Of a stretch of DNA of 64,000 bases, positions 28,501 to 41,850 are shown piece after piece. Position numbers and translations under genes: made by a program. The DNA lies in NCBI RefSeq assembly GCF_009914755.1, contig NC_060934.1. The stretch is one strand, 5' to 3'. The notes under the pieces are model-generated. The model was given only the letters and a program-made list of their open reading frames with translations. It had not been told where the DNA came from and ran no database searches. This DNA comes from the human T2T-CHM13v2.0 reference genome, Homo sapiens. The first letter of the stretch is position 1; every line of letters starts with the position of its first letter.

Positions 28501-28732
28501 CATAAAAATCAACTATTGGATGGGCAAGGAATTTTATTGCCTCACACATGGAGAAGGGTGGGGAAGAATCAGGAGCCTCAGGTGTGACTGTATCCAGGGC
28601 TTTGTCCCCATGGAACAATGATGGAATTCTCTGATACTCCAACCTTCCTTCCCCCGAAAAAACATTTCCAAGGACAGAATGTGATTGGCCCAGCTTGGGT
28701 TACATGCTTATCCTACCCCTAACCAGTCCTGT

Positions 28733-29398
28733 TGATACAGGAGGTAGAAATTATTTAGGCAGATAGTGAGGGTAAAAGAGTCCCCAGCAGAGCTTCCCTT
28801 TTAACAAAAAACAGCCCAATAATTATTTTTTTCTAACAAAGAGTAGCCTGAAAAATCGAGCTGCAAGCACAGATAAACAAGCTGGAAGCTTGTAACGGGG
28901 AATGATGGCAGCTGTGCCAATAGAAAAGGGCTACCTGGGAGCCAGGCATGTCCAACATGGAGGCTCCATCTTCCCTTTTTTTTGTTATCATGTGTACAGT
29001 AAAGGAATGGGCAACCTGGCGCAGGCCAGGCAGAGGCCTGCATAATAAAAGATTAGGGTGAGGGTGGCCAGAAATTCTCACCCTGTGCAAATGGCACACC
29101 TAGTCCTAACCAGTTTTTCGTGCCCTATGCAAAGGCACACCTGCTCCAACCAATCTTTCCCACTCTATGTAAGTCAGACAACGCCTCCTCAACCTCATCT
29201 ATAAAACCACCTGCATTTCACCATGGAACCAGCAACCCATTTCTCTGGGACGACTGTCTGCAGCAGAGAGCTCTTCTCTTTCTTTCACCTATTAAAACTT
29301 CCACTCTTAACCTCACTCTTTGTGTGTCTGTGTCCTTGATTTCCTTGGCTGTGAGACAATAAACCTTAGGTATCACCCTAGACAATGAGGCTGCTTCA
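28733..29398 (+). mobile_element. ERV1 solo LTR (MER50-like) inside an MLT1-like remnant
   Basis: TGATACAGG...CTGCTTCA termini; TSD ctgt/ctat; TATAAAA near 29200 and ATTAAA at 29291. Confidence 0.82.
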
Positions 29399-30229
29399 CT
29401 ATGTGAAGGGATGGGGGGCTTTGGTTGGACAGTGCTAGGTTTCACATTCCTGGATAGCCAAGAACAAGGGCTACCTCCATGGCTAAGGAGACTGAGTCCC
29501 AGGAAGGACCTAGAGCCTTCAGAGAAAAGATGAAAGGGAAAATCTGTCTCCATGCTTCAGGGAGAGAAGCAGGGGAAAGGGAGAAGAGAACTTCCAGGGC
29601 CTGGAGACAGAGAAAATTTAGGAGTGACCAGGAAGTGGCCATGGCATCCTGACCCCCATGAGAAATCACTCGGATACCCAAGAGGACAGGGAGCACCTTG
29701 GGGAGCAGGGCCTAGAGACTCTCCTGAACATGGCCGCATCATTCTTACATGCGCTGCTGCTGGGGAGACAACCCCAGTGGAAGAGGGGCGAGGGCCTTTA
29801 AAAACAAGGTGGCTTAATGTTGAACGTGAAGCTGTTTACTTAACAGCAAATCCCTATCCATCACTAATCTTGATTGAAGCCTGCTGTACAGAAAAGTTTT
29901 GTGTGAATGGAGTGTTTGGGAAAATCCAGAGGGACTGAATCTATCTGAATGAATGTAAGGTAGGGTAGTGTTGCAAGCATAGAATGCAGCCGCAATCCAT
30001 GGAACTAAGTCCACTTACTTCATTAACTAAGCCAGTAAAATAGCAGCTCAGAGCCACAGGGGACAATGACCTTGTAAATCCTCAATGCCTCCTCCCATCC
30101 CAATTTTCCAGGGAATTTGCAGAAATGTCATGGAAGACATTGGACTTCCCAGAGAGTCTTCTCTAGATCTTATGATTTCAGAAATGTAACCACAGCTTTT
30201 GGCTAGGGTGGGTAAGGCAGTATAATACA

Positions 30230-30544
30230 GTTTTGTTTTGTTTTGTTTTGTTTTGAATTCTGAGACGGAGTCTCGCTCTGTTGCCCAAGCTAGAGTGCAC
30301 TGGCATGATCTTGGCTCACTGCAACCTCTACCCCTCAGGTTGAAGTGATTCTCCTGCCTCAGCCTCCTGAGTAGCTGGGATTGCAAGCATCCACTACCAT
30401 GCCTGGCTAATTTTTGTATTTTTAGTAGAGATGGTGTTTCGCCATGTTGGTCAGGCTTGTGTTGAACTCCTGATCTCAGGTGATCCGCCCACCTCAGCCT
30501 CCCAAAGTCCTGGGATTACAGGCGTGAGCCACCGCGCCCGGCCA
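30230..30544 (-). mobile_element. AluS with (TTTTG)n tail
   Basis: Reverse-complement Alu. Confidence 0.92.
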
Positions 30545-31077
30545 GAATGCAGGTTTTAGGAGCAGGGATTCTGGAGCCAGACACCCAGGCTCTGCCACTT
30601 GTTAACTGTAGGACTTTGGACAAGTTGTTTCACCTGCATGTGTGTAGATATGTACTGCATATAAAGCACATAGAACAATTCACACTGTGCTCATCACCAG
30701 CTTTTACCTAAGTCGCTGCCTCTGTGCCCAGCACACACAAAAATAGAAACTCAATAATTGGCAACAGTGATCCTTCTAAGGAGGCCTACACGTTCCCCGA
30801 CCTCTGCTCTACCCTACCCAGAGTCCTGTGTGTCTCAGCTCCAGGAGGGGCAGAGTCCTTTCTCAGGATGCCCCAACTGCCATCTGCCCTTCAGTTCTCT
30901 AGAACATAAAAGGACCAGGGAAGCCCCACGTGGAGGTAGCACTTGGGCTTTCCCATGGGAGTGGGGAGTAGGGATGGTTCCGTGCAGCCCATCTCTCTCT
31001 TGGCATCAGTGACCCCAACCAAGCACAGGCCTCCCACTGCTAGGAAAGCAGAACTGTCCTCTCTCAGGGAAGACGGT

Positions 31078-31083
31078 TTTATT
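31078..31083 (-). terminator. TBATA: TBATA polyadenylation signal AATAAA
   Basis: tttatt on +, about 117 nt downstream of the stop. Confidence 0.8.
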
Positions 31084-31199
31084 TAGTAAGAGTTTTCACG
31101 GTAGGGAATCAGGTACTGCTGTGAAGGTGGTGGAGACAGAAACACCCCTGAACCCTTGGGGCTGCTCTTGAGCAAGGCAGGTGCAAGTGTTAGGGCCCC

Positions 31200-31285
31200 T
31201 CAGCTCTCTGCCCTCGGCTTCGATGTCTTCTTCTCTGTGTTCTGGCTTGAATGCATCTGGAGGACTTGAGCTTCTCCAATGTACT
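31200..31285 (-). CDS. TBATA: TBATA last coding exon
   Basis: actag|AG acceptor; (E)YIGEAQVLQMHSSQNTEKKTSKPRAES*. Confidence 0.93.
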
Positions 31286-32326
31286 CTAGTGGGAGGAGAG
31301 ACAGCAGGCAGGAGAGGACCGGGAAGGTGGGGCCCCCACCTGGGAGCTGCAGGTGGATGTGTGAGTGCTGAGGGGAAGGTCTGAGTCAAGCCCAGCTCCT
31401 GCTCTCAGCTCTGCTGGTGACCGAGGAGGGAATCCAACCTGAGAGGAATGGAGCGAATGGAATCCAACCTCTCTTCTTTCAACATCCAAGTAACAAATAT
31501 CAATGAGATGCCTACTCTGTGCCTCTCTGCCAGGCACTCTGGACCTTTGATGGTCTAATCAGGGAGAATAATATACATTGAGGATGTGTTTCCTTTTCTC
31601 TCCCCTCCAGCCTGCTGCCACCCCTGCCCCCCACTCTAGTCTAAGGCACCAGGATGACTGCAGCAGCCTCTCCTTGGTCTCCCTCACCCATTCTTGTCCC
31701 CCATAGTCCGTGCTGCACACAGTAGCCAGAGGGGGCATGCACACCCTGCTCATAACCCTCTTCTGCACCCATGCACACACCTGGCCTTTACCGCAGGCCA
31801 GCTCCTCCCACCTGTCTCATGCCTCCCTTACCACTGTCCCCCACCCAGAAGGCCCCAGCCACCATGGTCTGCTTGTTTTTCCACCAGCACACCAAGAGGT
31901 GGGAGCTTTGCTGGTTGGCTCTTCCTAGACTTGGGTAGAGCTGTATCTTTCCTGCCGTTCAGCTCTAGGAGCCCTCTCCCCACCTGCCAGTCCTTCTCAC
32001 TACTGACCACAGAGCCTTGTTATTCTCCTTACAGTATCTGTCTCCACTCCTCCCCAGGTGTTTTAATTTGTTGTCTGTATTCCTCCTTGCTGGGATGTAA
32101 GTTCCGTGACAGCAGGAACTTGTCTGAATTCTTCCTCACTGATCCCCAGAGTTCAGCACATTGTGGGTGCTCGATAAAGAATGAATATGAATAAGTGAAT
32201 GAATAGATGAAATGAGCAGCATCCTTGGGCAGGGACTCATCTCCAAGTTGACTGGAATCCCCTGAGAAATCCAGCCAGAGTGGGCCTTGGTGAGTCCCCC
32301 AAATGACCCACTACTTGGAATCTTAC

Positions 32327-32379
32327 CTGGTTTTTCGCTTTTTGTAAAAGGTGATATCTTCGTTTTCTTCGGGGATTGA
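32327..32379 (-). CDS. TBATA: TBATA coding exon
   Basis: cacag|T acceptor, G|gtaag donor; QSPKKTKISPFTKSEKP. Confidence 0.93.
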
Positions 32380-33254
32380 CTGTGACCAAATACAAAGAAG
32401 GGGCTGGGAAGGTCATGCTGGAAACCTGACCCCACGGGTGGCAGGGGAGACAGGGAGGTGGGGAAGGTGGTGCAGGTGCAGTCAGCTGTCTGCTCCAGGA
32501 AGAGGCAAGAGTCACCCCTCCTGGAGGGCCAGAAAACATCTGTCCATGACTAGCACCCAGGTGGCCTTCCTGTATCACCCCAGGCCAGACCCAGACAACT
32601 GTGGCCCTGCCGTCTGCAGTTAGTTCCACTGGGAAGCAAGGCCCTCCTGTCTCTGGAGAAACAGGGCATGGACTCTGCATCAGCCCTCCCCCTAGCCCTG
32701 ACTCACTCGCTCCACTGGTTTCCTTGTGGACTTCCCTTTGAGTGGGCAAGACAAGAACCCTGCGTCTTGAATGAATTCAAAGTATGAAAGATGCTCTTCC
32801 GTCTTGTATTGGGCTTTACATCTCCCCATGCCTTTTTATGTGCCCGATGTTATTTTCCCTCCCTACGACTCTGGGAGGGGGCTTTTGAGAGATAGTTGAA
32901 GCTGATGATCGCAGCTGGGAGGTGGTTTGCCCAAGGTCACAGTGAAGCCTGTCTTCCTCGCTAGGCCGTTCCTCCTCTGCTCTCTCAGAGTGGAAGGGAA
33001 CACCAAGTCCAAGGCCTTGCAAGAACCCATGACTTCAAGAAACCTCAGTCCACCCCTACCCCTGCTTCTTCTCACCAAGCCCACCCATGCTCCAGACACC
33101 TCAAACTTGTCATTCCCCAGTTGTATACCTTCCTGACTTCCATGCCTTCACCCAGGCTGGTCCCACTTCCCGGGATGACCTTTTCCCAAGCTTTCATTTG
33201 CTCAGTCAAATCCTACCACTCCTATCAGTGTTTCCCAAACTCTGTTGGAAACAC

Positions 33255-33365
33255 TCAGGTGACTGTTAAAAATACAGGCCCCCCCCCCGCTTCACCCCGG
33301 CCTGCTATGTTAGAATCTTTAGGGGTCTGCATTTTTAACAAGCTCCCGGGGAGAATCTGAGTGCT
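33255..33365. mobile_element. MER5A-like DNA transposon fragment
   Basis: ttagaatct...tctgcatttttaacaagctccc motif. Confidence 0.6.
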
Positions 33366-34027
33366 GCTGGCTTTGGGAGTCAGTCGGGTCCAAGACTGAA
33401 TCCCAGCCCTTCTGCCGACCAGTCAGGTTACTTTGGGTAGGCCATTCTATTGTTCCTGAGCCTCAGTTTTCCCATCTGTAAAATGGAGCTAATACTGCCT
33501 CAGTGGGTTGTTGGATGGACTAGAAAAACGTGGAACACCCAGCGGTGTCAGGCAAACTTATCGCTGCTCAGTGGCCTTGCTGACTCTCAGGCTCCACTCA
33601 CCTGCCTTGTGAGGCCTCCCCCAGTTCGTAATTAATCTTTCTCTTCCAGCCATCAGGGCACTTAGTACTGGTATAAAACCACTGCCTTGTGTTAGCATTT
33701 TCTCTCTACTCATGTCTTCCCATAGACCAAAGAGCTTCTGAAGAGTTAGGTGTGGCTAATCCAGCCTTATCTGGTTAAAATTGACTCCGGTGGCCCCCTT
33801 GGGGTGTCCCCAGCCCTGGCAGTTTGGGGGCTGGTCTGGCTGTGTTGGCCTTGAAGTGGCTTGGGTAGCACTAGAAGGTCCCTGGGGGAGGGGCTGGGCC
33901 TCTGCCTCCAGGACAGACTTAGTCAGCCCAGACCCTGGTCAGCGCCAGGCTCCCTTCTCCAGGTCCCATTGGCCTCACCTGGGAGGACAGAAGGCTGCAG
34001 AAGGGCAGGGCGGGGTGCGGGGCCCAC

Positions 34028-34172
34028 CTGCAGGGTGGCTCTTGCTTCTCTTGAGGAGGTTCATGCACTTCTGGAAGCTGGCTTAGGAGCTTTTCTGTAG
34101 GGATGGAGACTAGGGGCTGGGGAAGGAGCTGAGCCACTGCTGTCTGCAGGAGTCCCAGAGCGAGGTCTTTTT
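34028..34172 (-). CDS. TBATA: TBATA coding exon
   Basis: ttcag|AA acceptor, AG|gtggg donor; KDLALGLLQTAVAQLL...EKQEPPC. Confidence 0.93.
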
Positions 34173-35003
34173 CTGAAAGCACAGCCCGGGGGCAGTGTCC
34201 TCAGCCCCCAGCCCCCTTCCTGTCCCTGTGGCGGGGCCAGAAGCAGGGCCTCCATCCAGGGCAGCTTTCTTTAAGCATCCCACCTTCTGCCCTCAGGTCC
34301 CCTCGGGAGAGCTCCCCCTTCTCTCCTGGCCCATGTGTGCAGAGCCCCTAGCCCTTTCACATCCCTGTCCTGCCACATGAGGATGTGTACGCCTTGTTCT
34401 TGGCCCCAGCTGGCCCTCCTGCCCACCATATCCCCGGGCCCACGCTGGGAAGTCTACTGGGGACCTGCCTTCCTCCTCCCCCTTCTCCTTCACTCTCCTG
34501 TCCAGGAAGTCTTCTCCAATTAGCTTCCTGGTTCTCATCACTCCTCACCCTTCTACTCAGATGCACCCCCTACCCACTGTCCCAGTGCGTCCGCGTGTGT
34601 ATTCCTGTGTTCATGTGTATACACATGAGTAGCCTTATGTGCATCTACTTGCACCTGTGTGTGTGTGGGGGTCTCCCAATGCAACGTGTGAGGGGCTGTG
34701 TCTGCTAAGTTCAGTCTTTGGATTTTTTCCTCCCAGGTGCCTAGGCCTGGGGTCAGCATGAAAGAGGGGTCCCCTCCAAGGAGCAGGGGTAAGGAAATCC
34801 TGCTGAGGAATTGGGGAGGAGGAAGCAGAGATGCTGTCCAGCTGGGAAGGGTTAGTTTGGGGCTCCAAAGTGGAGGAGAGGCCTCCATGGAAGGCCCCCT
34901 CCAGGGTGGGAGCTGAGGGACATTTGAGTCCTGCAGAACCAGAGATCAAGGGCAGGACCTTGGCAGCCTCCACTGAGACAGTGCTGCGGGGCTGTGTCCT
35001 CAC

Positions 35004-35085
35004 CCTTGGGCGGAGCGTAGAGCAGCCAGAACTGGATTGCGCTTAGCAAGTCTGTTTCCAGGATCTGACACAGGAGCTCCAGGAC
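35004..35085 (-). CDS. TBATA: TBATA coding exon
   Basis: cacag|GTC acceptor, G|gtgag donor; VLELLCQILETDLLSAIQFWLLYAPPK (conserved SPATIAL-family segment). Confidence 0.94.
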
Positions 35086-36966
35086 CTGTGGGCAGGAGGC
35101 CAGCACATTCCAGCCAGGAGTACAGGCAAGGAGTACAGGCAAATGTAGGTTTGGAGGGCACCAAGGAGACCCTTCCCCCAAAGTGGGCTCCCAGAGGCGC
35201 CTGCTGGGCTAAACGTGTTCCCACAAGGGTCTGTGCCTTTTCCTCCACATTGGACTTTGCACTTAACGGAGGGCTTTGTCTCACAACAGTCCAGGAGGAA
35301 GTTTCTTAATCTTCCTGCTGGACGGGTGGAGAATCCGAGGCCCTGAGAGGGGATGCTAGCAGGTAGTTGGTGGCAGGACACGACCTCAGCGAAAGGTTCT
35401 GTGGACCCCACATCCCTGAAGCCTGCTTGGCTGGTTATTCCCTAGGGCCCCTCACTGGGAAGCCAAGGTCCGAGCTGGCCAGTCAGCTCCTCAGAGACAC
35501 ACCAAATCCCACATGCCCAGGGCCTTGGTGTGGGGATTTCAGGAACCCCATGGTAAGCCATACCCTAAAAGTCCCAGAGTCTGGGGATGTTGGAAAAGGG
35601 ATGGGGGAAGCCCAGAGGGCAGCCTGAGGCGGGGCAGCACAGGCCGGTTCTGCAAACTGCTCAGCACCGGCTCCCTCCTGCAGAGCTGTGGGCATGCTTG
35701 GCTCCTTGCTGCATCCTCAGTCTTTGACATCTTTGCTACTTCCGGGCTCATTTTCCCCTGCGTTCTCCAGTCAGTCAGCATCAGGAAAAGATCCAGCTGT
35801 GTCTGGGATGGGCTATGGGGGCTCCCTAGGCCAGACTGCTGCTGGTGGCTGTAGCTATGGCAGGCTGGAGTTGGGGCCTGAGGTGAAAGGTGGAAGCCCT
35901 GGAGTCCTAAGAAAGTGAGGCCCCCTCAGCTCCTGGCGGTCAGTCATCCTAGGACCTGGAGGGGCCCGTCGGTCCCCAGCAGGTCGGCCTCATCCTCAGC
36001 AGAGTGGAATCTGGGCTGGGCCTCTCCCCAGGCCTCTGCCTGCTTAGGGGTCCACCCTCGTCCCCAGATGCCCACCCGCTGTGCTGACCCACCCTGACCT
36101 GCCCCTGGGCCCTTCTCCATTCTCTGTGTCCAACTTACCTGCCTTGTGCCCCCTCCCCACAGGACCTGAGAACCTAATTCCAGGTGAGGTGAGGCCGCCC
36201 TATGGTGGAGAAAGCACCTTAGTCCTGGCTATGCTGCTCCGTCTCAGGGGACCTGGCCCATGGACTATCACTTGGCAGGGCCTCGGCCTCCCCATCCGTG
36301 GCATGGAGGTGCTGAACCCTGTCTGCTCTATCCACTTTGCTGCATCGTGGCAAGGTTTCAGAGGGAGTGTGTGCCTGACAGTGCTGGTCACAAGGAAGGT
36401 GGCAGAATGCTGGGTCTACCTCTGGCCTTTCTTGGAGGACATCCGTGCATTTTCACAGGGACCTCTGACGCCTTCACCCACCGGGATGAGGCATGGACTC
36501 ATCTCAGGCCTCAGTGGGGAAACGTGAGCATGGAGGAGGTGGGCTCTGGGCTCACTGAAGCACAAGCCAGGCCCCTCGCTGAGTGTGGACACCAGGCTGG
36601 GCCTAGCCATGCAGGCTGTGGGGTGCGGCCTGCTGTGATGGGCAGGACCTCCTTCTTCAACCCACCATTGCAGCTCCCTTCACTAACTCAGCAAATGCTA
36701 CAGCTGGAAGGGACCCTCGACAACAGTGCGTTCATGCTTCCAGTGGAGAGATCACGGAACTAGGGCCCAGGGAGGGGAAAGGACTCACATGGAAACCTAG
36801 AGGCAGCAGGGGGTCATAGCCCCTGCTGCTGACTCCCCAGGGCTGGAGTTTTCTGTTCTTAACAGTCCTAGGCACCAGTATCCCTGGGAGGGGCCTTGCC
36901 CTAAAGCGGTTTGTAAGACCCCTAATGTGGAGAGCCAGGAGCCTGGGAGCAGAACTGGGCCCTCAC

Positions 36967-37149
36967 CAGCAGCTCCTGATCCTGAAGGAGGAAGGCCTGG
37001 ACTCCTTCATGTCTGCTGGAAGACTGACTCTGCTGGCCCTGGTGAGATCTGCGGCGGCCGACAGCCCGGGTGGAAGCGGGGATGAGCCTCCCAGTCTCTG
37101 CTGAGTACTTTGCCCCCTGCTCCCGCAGAGGCTCCTCCTTCTGCTCCTT
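36967..37149 (-). CDS. TBATA: TBATA coding exon (NAGNAG acceptor, alternative start 37152)
   Basis: cagcag|AAG acceptor, CTG|gtgag donor; KEQKEEPLREQGAKYSAETGRLIP...QDQELL. Confidence 0.93.
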
Positions 37150-38370
37150 CTGCTGGGACAAAAGTGGCCAGAGACTCCAGGCAGTCAGCAAGAGGGGAGG
37201 AAGAGGGCTGAGGGGAGGAGAGGAGCAGGAGGCCGGGTCACAATCCCAGGGCACTTCGCCTCCCAAATCCCAGCATCACAGCGTTGCCAGGGTCCCAGGG
37301 TATCATCCAGCTCTGCCAGCCCCCCAACCTCACCTGCCCTAGACCCCTCCTTGGGCATCCCCGGCCCTCTCTCTGGCAGCTGGCCCTTCCACTATCAGCT
37401 ATCACGCTTAAACCAGCAAAAGCTCTTCCTCCTGGAACTCAGTAATGCAGGGTCGATCGCTGGATGCCCGCGGGTGGTTCTCGTTCTCCCTCCCAGGTAG
37501 GTCCTCCCTGCTGCTCCTCCCCACACCCATCAGAGATTTGAAAACAGCATCCTGCACCAAGGGCCCACCGCCTACCTTAATTCCCAGCTCAGCTGCCCCC
37601 AGGTCTGTCCCAGAGAGGCCTGGTGCCTGGGGCCTCCTGCTCTTGCAATTCCAATTAAGACTGGTAGTATCCTTCCCCCCATTTTAAAGATAAGAAAACA
37701 GAGACCCAGACAGCTTAGCTGAGTTGTCCTGAGTGCTGCAGTGAGTTAGTTGTGAGCAGGAATGAGAAGCCGGGCCTCTGCCTGTCCACTCTGGTTACCC
37801 AAGACAAGGGGCAGGACCAGACTGTCCTAAGAGCAATTCCAGTCACCTTCAAGCTGCCTCTCAGGTGACTTTACTGTTTTATCATCAAATGGCACCCATG
37901 GGGTCACCCCTATCATGTTTGAAAACCTTCTGAGATTCTCTGCTCCTTATGCGATTAGACACTAAAAATCTTGGCAATTAAGAACAAGCTGCTCCTCCCC
38001 ACATGCAAAGTCTGCCCCCCCTCACCTTTCCCATTGCTGCCCACTTATAGCCTGGTTTCTGATGGTGCCCTGCATTTGCCAGCTTTTGAGCTGCTGTGCT
38101 AGGTGCCTCTGCTCGGAACTCCTCAGTCCCCTTGTGAACATCTCACTTAGATATCGAAGGCCCCCAAGTGCCTCCTGTCCTAAAACCCCTGCTTGGATTT
38201 CTCCACCTAGGTGTGCTCTCTCCCTCACTGTGACCTTTCCCCTGACGTTTGTATGAATCAGTCCCCCCACCCCACCTCTGGTAGGCTGAACTGACTCGGG
38301 AGGGATCTCCTTACACAGGGAAGGATCCGTTTCTCCTCTTCCCAGACTAGCTCCTGTGTTCCGCACCCAC

Positions 38371-38450
38371 CTCTTTCTTCTTCAGTTCATCCTCCTTGGT
38401 GAGGAAGGCCACCCGGGAAGCTAGCTCCTTCAACTCCTTCTTCCAGGCTT
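38371..38450 (-). CDS. TBATA: TBATA coding exon
   Basis: cccag|AA acceptor, GAG|gtggg donor; AWKKELKELASRVAFLTKEDELKKKE. Confidence 0.93.
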
Positions 38451-39406
38451 CTGGGAGGAGGGGACAAGGTCCTGCCAACTGAAGTCAGGGGCCCTCCTCC
38501 CCTCCCTGTGCCACCAGGCCTTGGTAGAGGAGTCTGCTCTCCTTCCTGGCCTCCCTGCCTGGATCTTAAAGGGAAAGGGGGAGGCGGTGCCCTGGAGGGA
38601 GAAGGATCTGGATTCACACCATGGGTGGTGGTTGTGGCAGTGGGTGGGGTGCGGGGGTGGGGCATTGCTTTCCTTCTAGCAGGGGCTGATGTTGATGTCC
38701 TAGCCTGTGGCATTTCTAGGGGATGCTGGAGAATATTTGGTTACCTGTGCCAAGATGCACATGGTTTAATCTAGCTTTGCCTCTTTTAGGTCCCTGAGGC
38801 CAAGACTGAAGCTGAGGAGATACAGATGGGCCTGTTATTAAGAAATCAAACTACTCCCTGGAGAGGGTGGCAAAGAGAGCAGCAGCCAGCCTTCCAAGTC
38901 TCTCTGCCCTGCACTGGCAGCCCCAGCCCCTTCTCCAGGATCTCTTCCCTGTCCCCACCAAACTGGCTTCCAGCACCTCAGTGGTGGAAAGGATAATGCT
39001 TGGCAGAGCAGAGACCTCTGAAACGCCAAGCCAGCACTGTGGCTGATTGTTCTGGTTGGCCAATGCCTGAGCACACAAGCTACTAAATATTCCCTATAGC
39101 ATTCTGGCCTACAGCTGCCAGTCACATGACTGCAGGCTCAACATCTGCTTGCCCTCTGTGTGTTATTACTCCTCAAGCACCTCAAATCCAAGCAGGGGTG
39201 CATTTCTGCTGGCTAGGACTTGCTGGGTGGGGAGTAATGCAGAGATTAGGCTGTCCAAGGAAATGGGAGAAAAAGTGGGGTTCCCCCAACGGACCTCACT
39301 GACCTAAGAGCGATGGCCCTTTCCTTCTGGGCACCCACCCAAGTGAGGCAGCCTTGGGGAGAGGCATGAGCCCCAGGGTAGAGGGAGGCATGGCCCAAGT
39401 ACCCAC

Positions 39407-39556
39407 CAGAAGAAAGCTGGGGGTTCCGATTAGACTGTGGGTCTCCAATGGGGACAGAGATGGTGGGTATCCCCATTTGACAGCCGGAAAAGACAGTTGA
39501 CTCAGGCAAGGGGGCTGGAAAATCCCTGACGACACAGACAGGCTTCCCGGTGAGAT
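39407..39556 (-). CDS. TBATA: TBATA coding exon
   Basis: gcag|AT acceptor, G|gtggg donor; LTGKPVCVVRDFPAPLPES...IGDPQSNRNPQLSS. Confidence 0.94.
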
Positions 39557-40199
39557 CTGCAAAGGGTTAGAGGCTGTGGGAAGGGAGGCTTAGGTGGACC
39601 TTAAGAGCTCCAGGAGGCAGGGAAGAGGCTGAGAGGCAGGGTGATTCCGGCTCCACCTCTTCCAGTAACCACCAGCTGATAGATTATCAGAGCTGGGAGG
39701 GCATTGTAACCACCTAGACCAGCGACCGCCTCACCCACGGGGGGATCCTAGAATGGACAGGGGAAAGGCCCGCTCAGGGCCACACTGTGATTTGGGCAGA
39801 GGTGAGACAAGAACTTAGGCTTCCTGGGCCCCTAGTCCTGGGGATCTTCCGATTTCCTGTGACAGGGCAACAAATTGCCGATGTGAGTACAAACGGGTAG
39901 GCAGGCAGCTTAAAGATGAGAATGCTGGGGCGAGGGCATTATGTCACAGTTCATGATGGGAGAGGCCTGGGCTCACATGACAGGGAGAGAGATTGAGCCA
40001 CACCCTCTGCAGAAAACTTCTGCTTTGGTCAGCCTGTGCAAGGCTGCGTGCAGGGCAGCCTGGAGGTAGTGGGGGCCGTTTGCACTTGAGGACCCTTCTG
40101 GCTAACCCTGGGTGATTATTATATCACTATTGACAGTGAGGCTTGAAGATCGGCCTGGCAAGGACCTAGCAGGGCTGCTGTCTCCTCCCTGAAACACTT

Positions 40200-41290
40200 C
40201 CCTTTTGGTGCCAGGACTCCTCACTCTTGTCCCGGCTCCCTACCTCTCCTCATCTCCTCTGCCGACTTCTCATCTTCTCAACCTCTTAATCCTGGGGTCC
40301 CCAGGTACCTGTCCCCAGGTTTTTCTCTCCGGTAGCTACACGGACTCCTTGGGGATCCTACCCAGGCCCACCACTTGAAACACCCCCTCTCGAATGGCTC
40401 TCACGTCTGTGTCTCTGCCCTGAACTCCAGATCCGACTGCACCCCCGTACCTCCACCTGGAGGTCTAGAAAGCATCTCGCATCACCCATCTCCCACATCA
40501 GAAACCAAACCCCTGACTCCTCCCAGCCTACACTAGCCCTTCTGCACATTTCCCTGCCTCAGTCAATGTACTCCAGTTTCCCAGGTGCTCAGGCCAAAAA
40601 TCTAAGTCGGCCTTGACTCTTCTCTTCCTCTCACACTCCACTTTTAATCAATCGCCGAGTCCTACTGACTTTACATTTCACATATCTCCAGCATAGAGCC
40701 ACTGAGTCTTCCACTTCTAGCCCCTGGTCCAAGCCACACTTAAGACAGAGGCCAGGATGACCTTGTTAAAACATCTCACTTCTGTGCTCTCAGCCTTCCA
40801 AGGGCTCCAGCTGATTCAGGAAAGTGGCTTAATGGTGACAATAGTGGCCCAAATGCCTACCTGATCTGGGCCCACTGTCTCCCTGATGCCTTCTCCGTTC
40901 TCCTGTCCTACTTTACTCCAGCCAGACCAGCTTCTGCTTCCTTGCTGCTGCTCCAACAGAGTGGGAGCGCTCTTGCCTTCTGGACTTTGTATTTGCTGAT
41001 CTACCCGCCTGAGACATCTTTCCCCTGCTGTGTGCATAGTTCCTGTGTAGTTCTTTGCTCAAATGTCATGTTAATGGCCATGTCTTCTGTGACCACCTTT
41101 CAAAAATAGCTATCTTCCCACTGCAGCCTGGGCACTTGACACCTTCCCCATCTCCCATCCCTCCCCACTGGAGGTCAGCTCCAGGAGGGGGGCCACCATG
41201 TCTGTCTTGTTCACTGTTGTATCCCCAAGGCCTAAAAAAGTGCCTAGCCAATAGTTCACACTCAATAAATATTTGATGGCTGGCTGGATG
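40200..41290. mobile_element. L2 LINE fragments
   Basis: tgaactccaga; ctcaggccaaaaatctaagtc..ccttgactcttctcttcctctcac; ttgttcactgttgtatcccca...ctcaataaatatttg L2 3' end. Confidence 0.7.
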
Positions 41291-41614
41291 GCTGAGTGGC
41301 TGACATGGCCTAAGTTAGAGAACTTAAGAGAACAGAGCACTGCTCCAGGACAGAACTTATCCCTTTCTCTGATTTGTAAAATGGGAGAACCCAGCAGTCA
41401 GGGGAATCTGTAGGGAACCTGTCACCCACCCTTGGAGGCTTCTCTCCTGCCCACTGAGCAGTCCTGGCTGGGTTCTTTGGCAGCCCTGGGATCCTGGACC
41501 CCATCCTCTCTGGGCCCCAGCCTGGAAATGGGCTGCCATCAATTCTTGCTTCCCAGTTCTCAAGACCAATTAGTGATACTCCCTCTGCTCCCACCCCAAC
41601 CAGCCAGGCCCTAC

Positions 41615-41850
41615 CTTGGATGTGGGTCACGTGCTGGGGGTGTGGGTGGTGCCGGGAGAAGAAGGAGTGGTGACTGAGGCGTCCAAAGCAGTAGGTGCCA
41701 GGGGTTTGGGGCTTTGGGGTCCTCAATGCCCGGCGGATCCGCTCGAAATCCACAATCCCTGGGATCACCAGTTCTTTCTGTGGCCCACTGTCCCTGGGGC
41801 TCCTTGGCTTGCGCCCTGACTTCTTCTCCAGTTTCAGCTCAGCCTTTGGA
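41615..41850 (-). CDS. TBATA: TBATA coding exon
   Basis: ttcag|T acceptor, G|gtagg donor; PKAELKLEKK...FGRLSHHSFFSRHHPHPQHVTHIQ. Confidence 0.95.
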
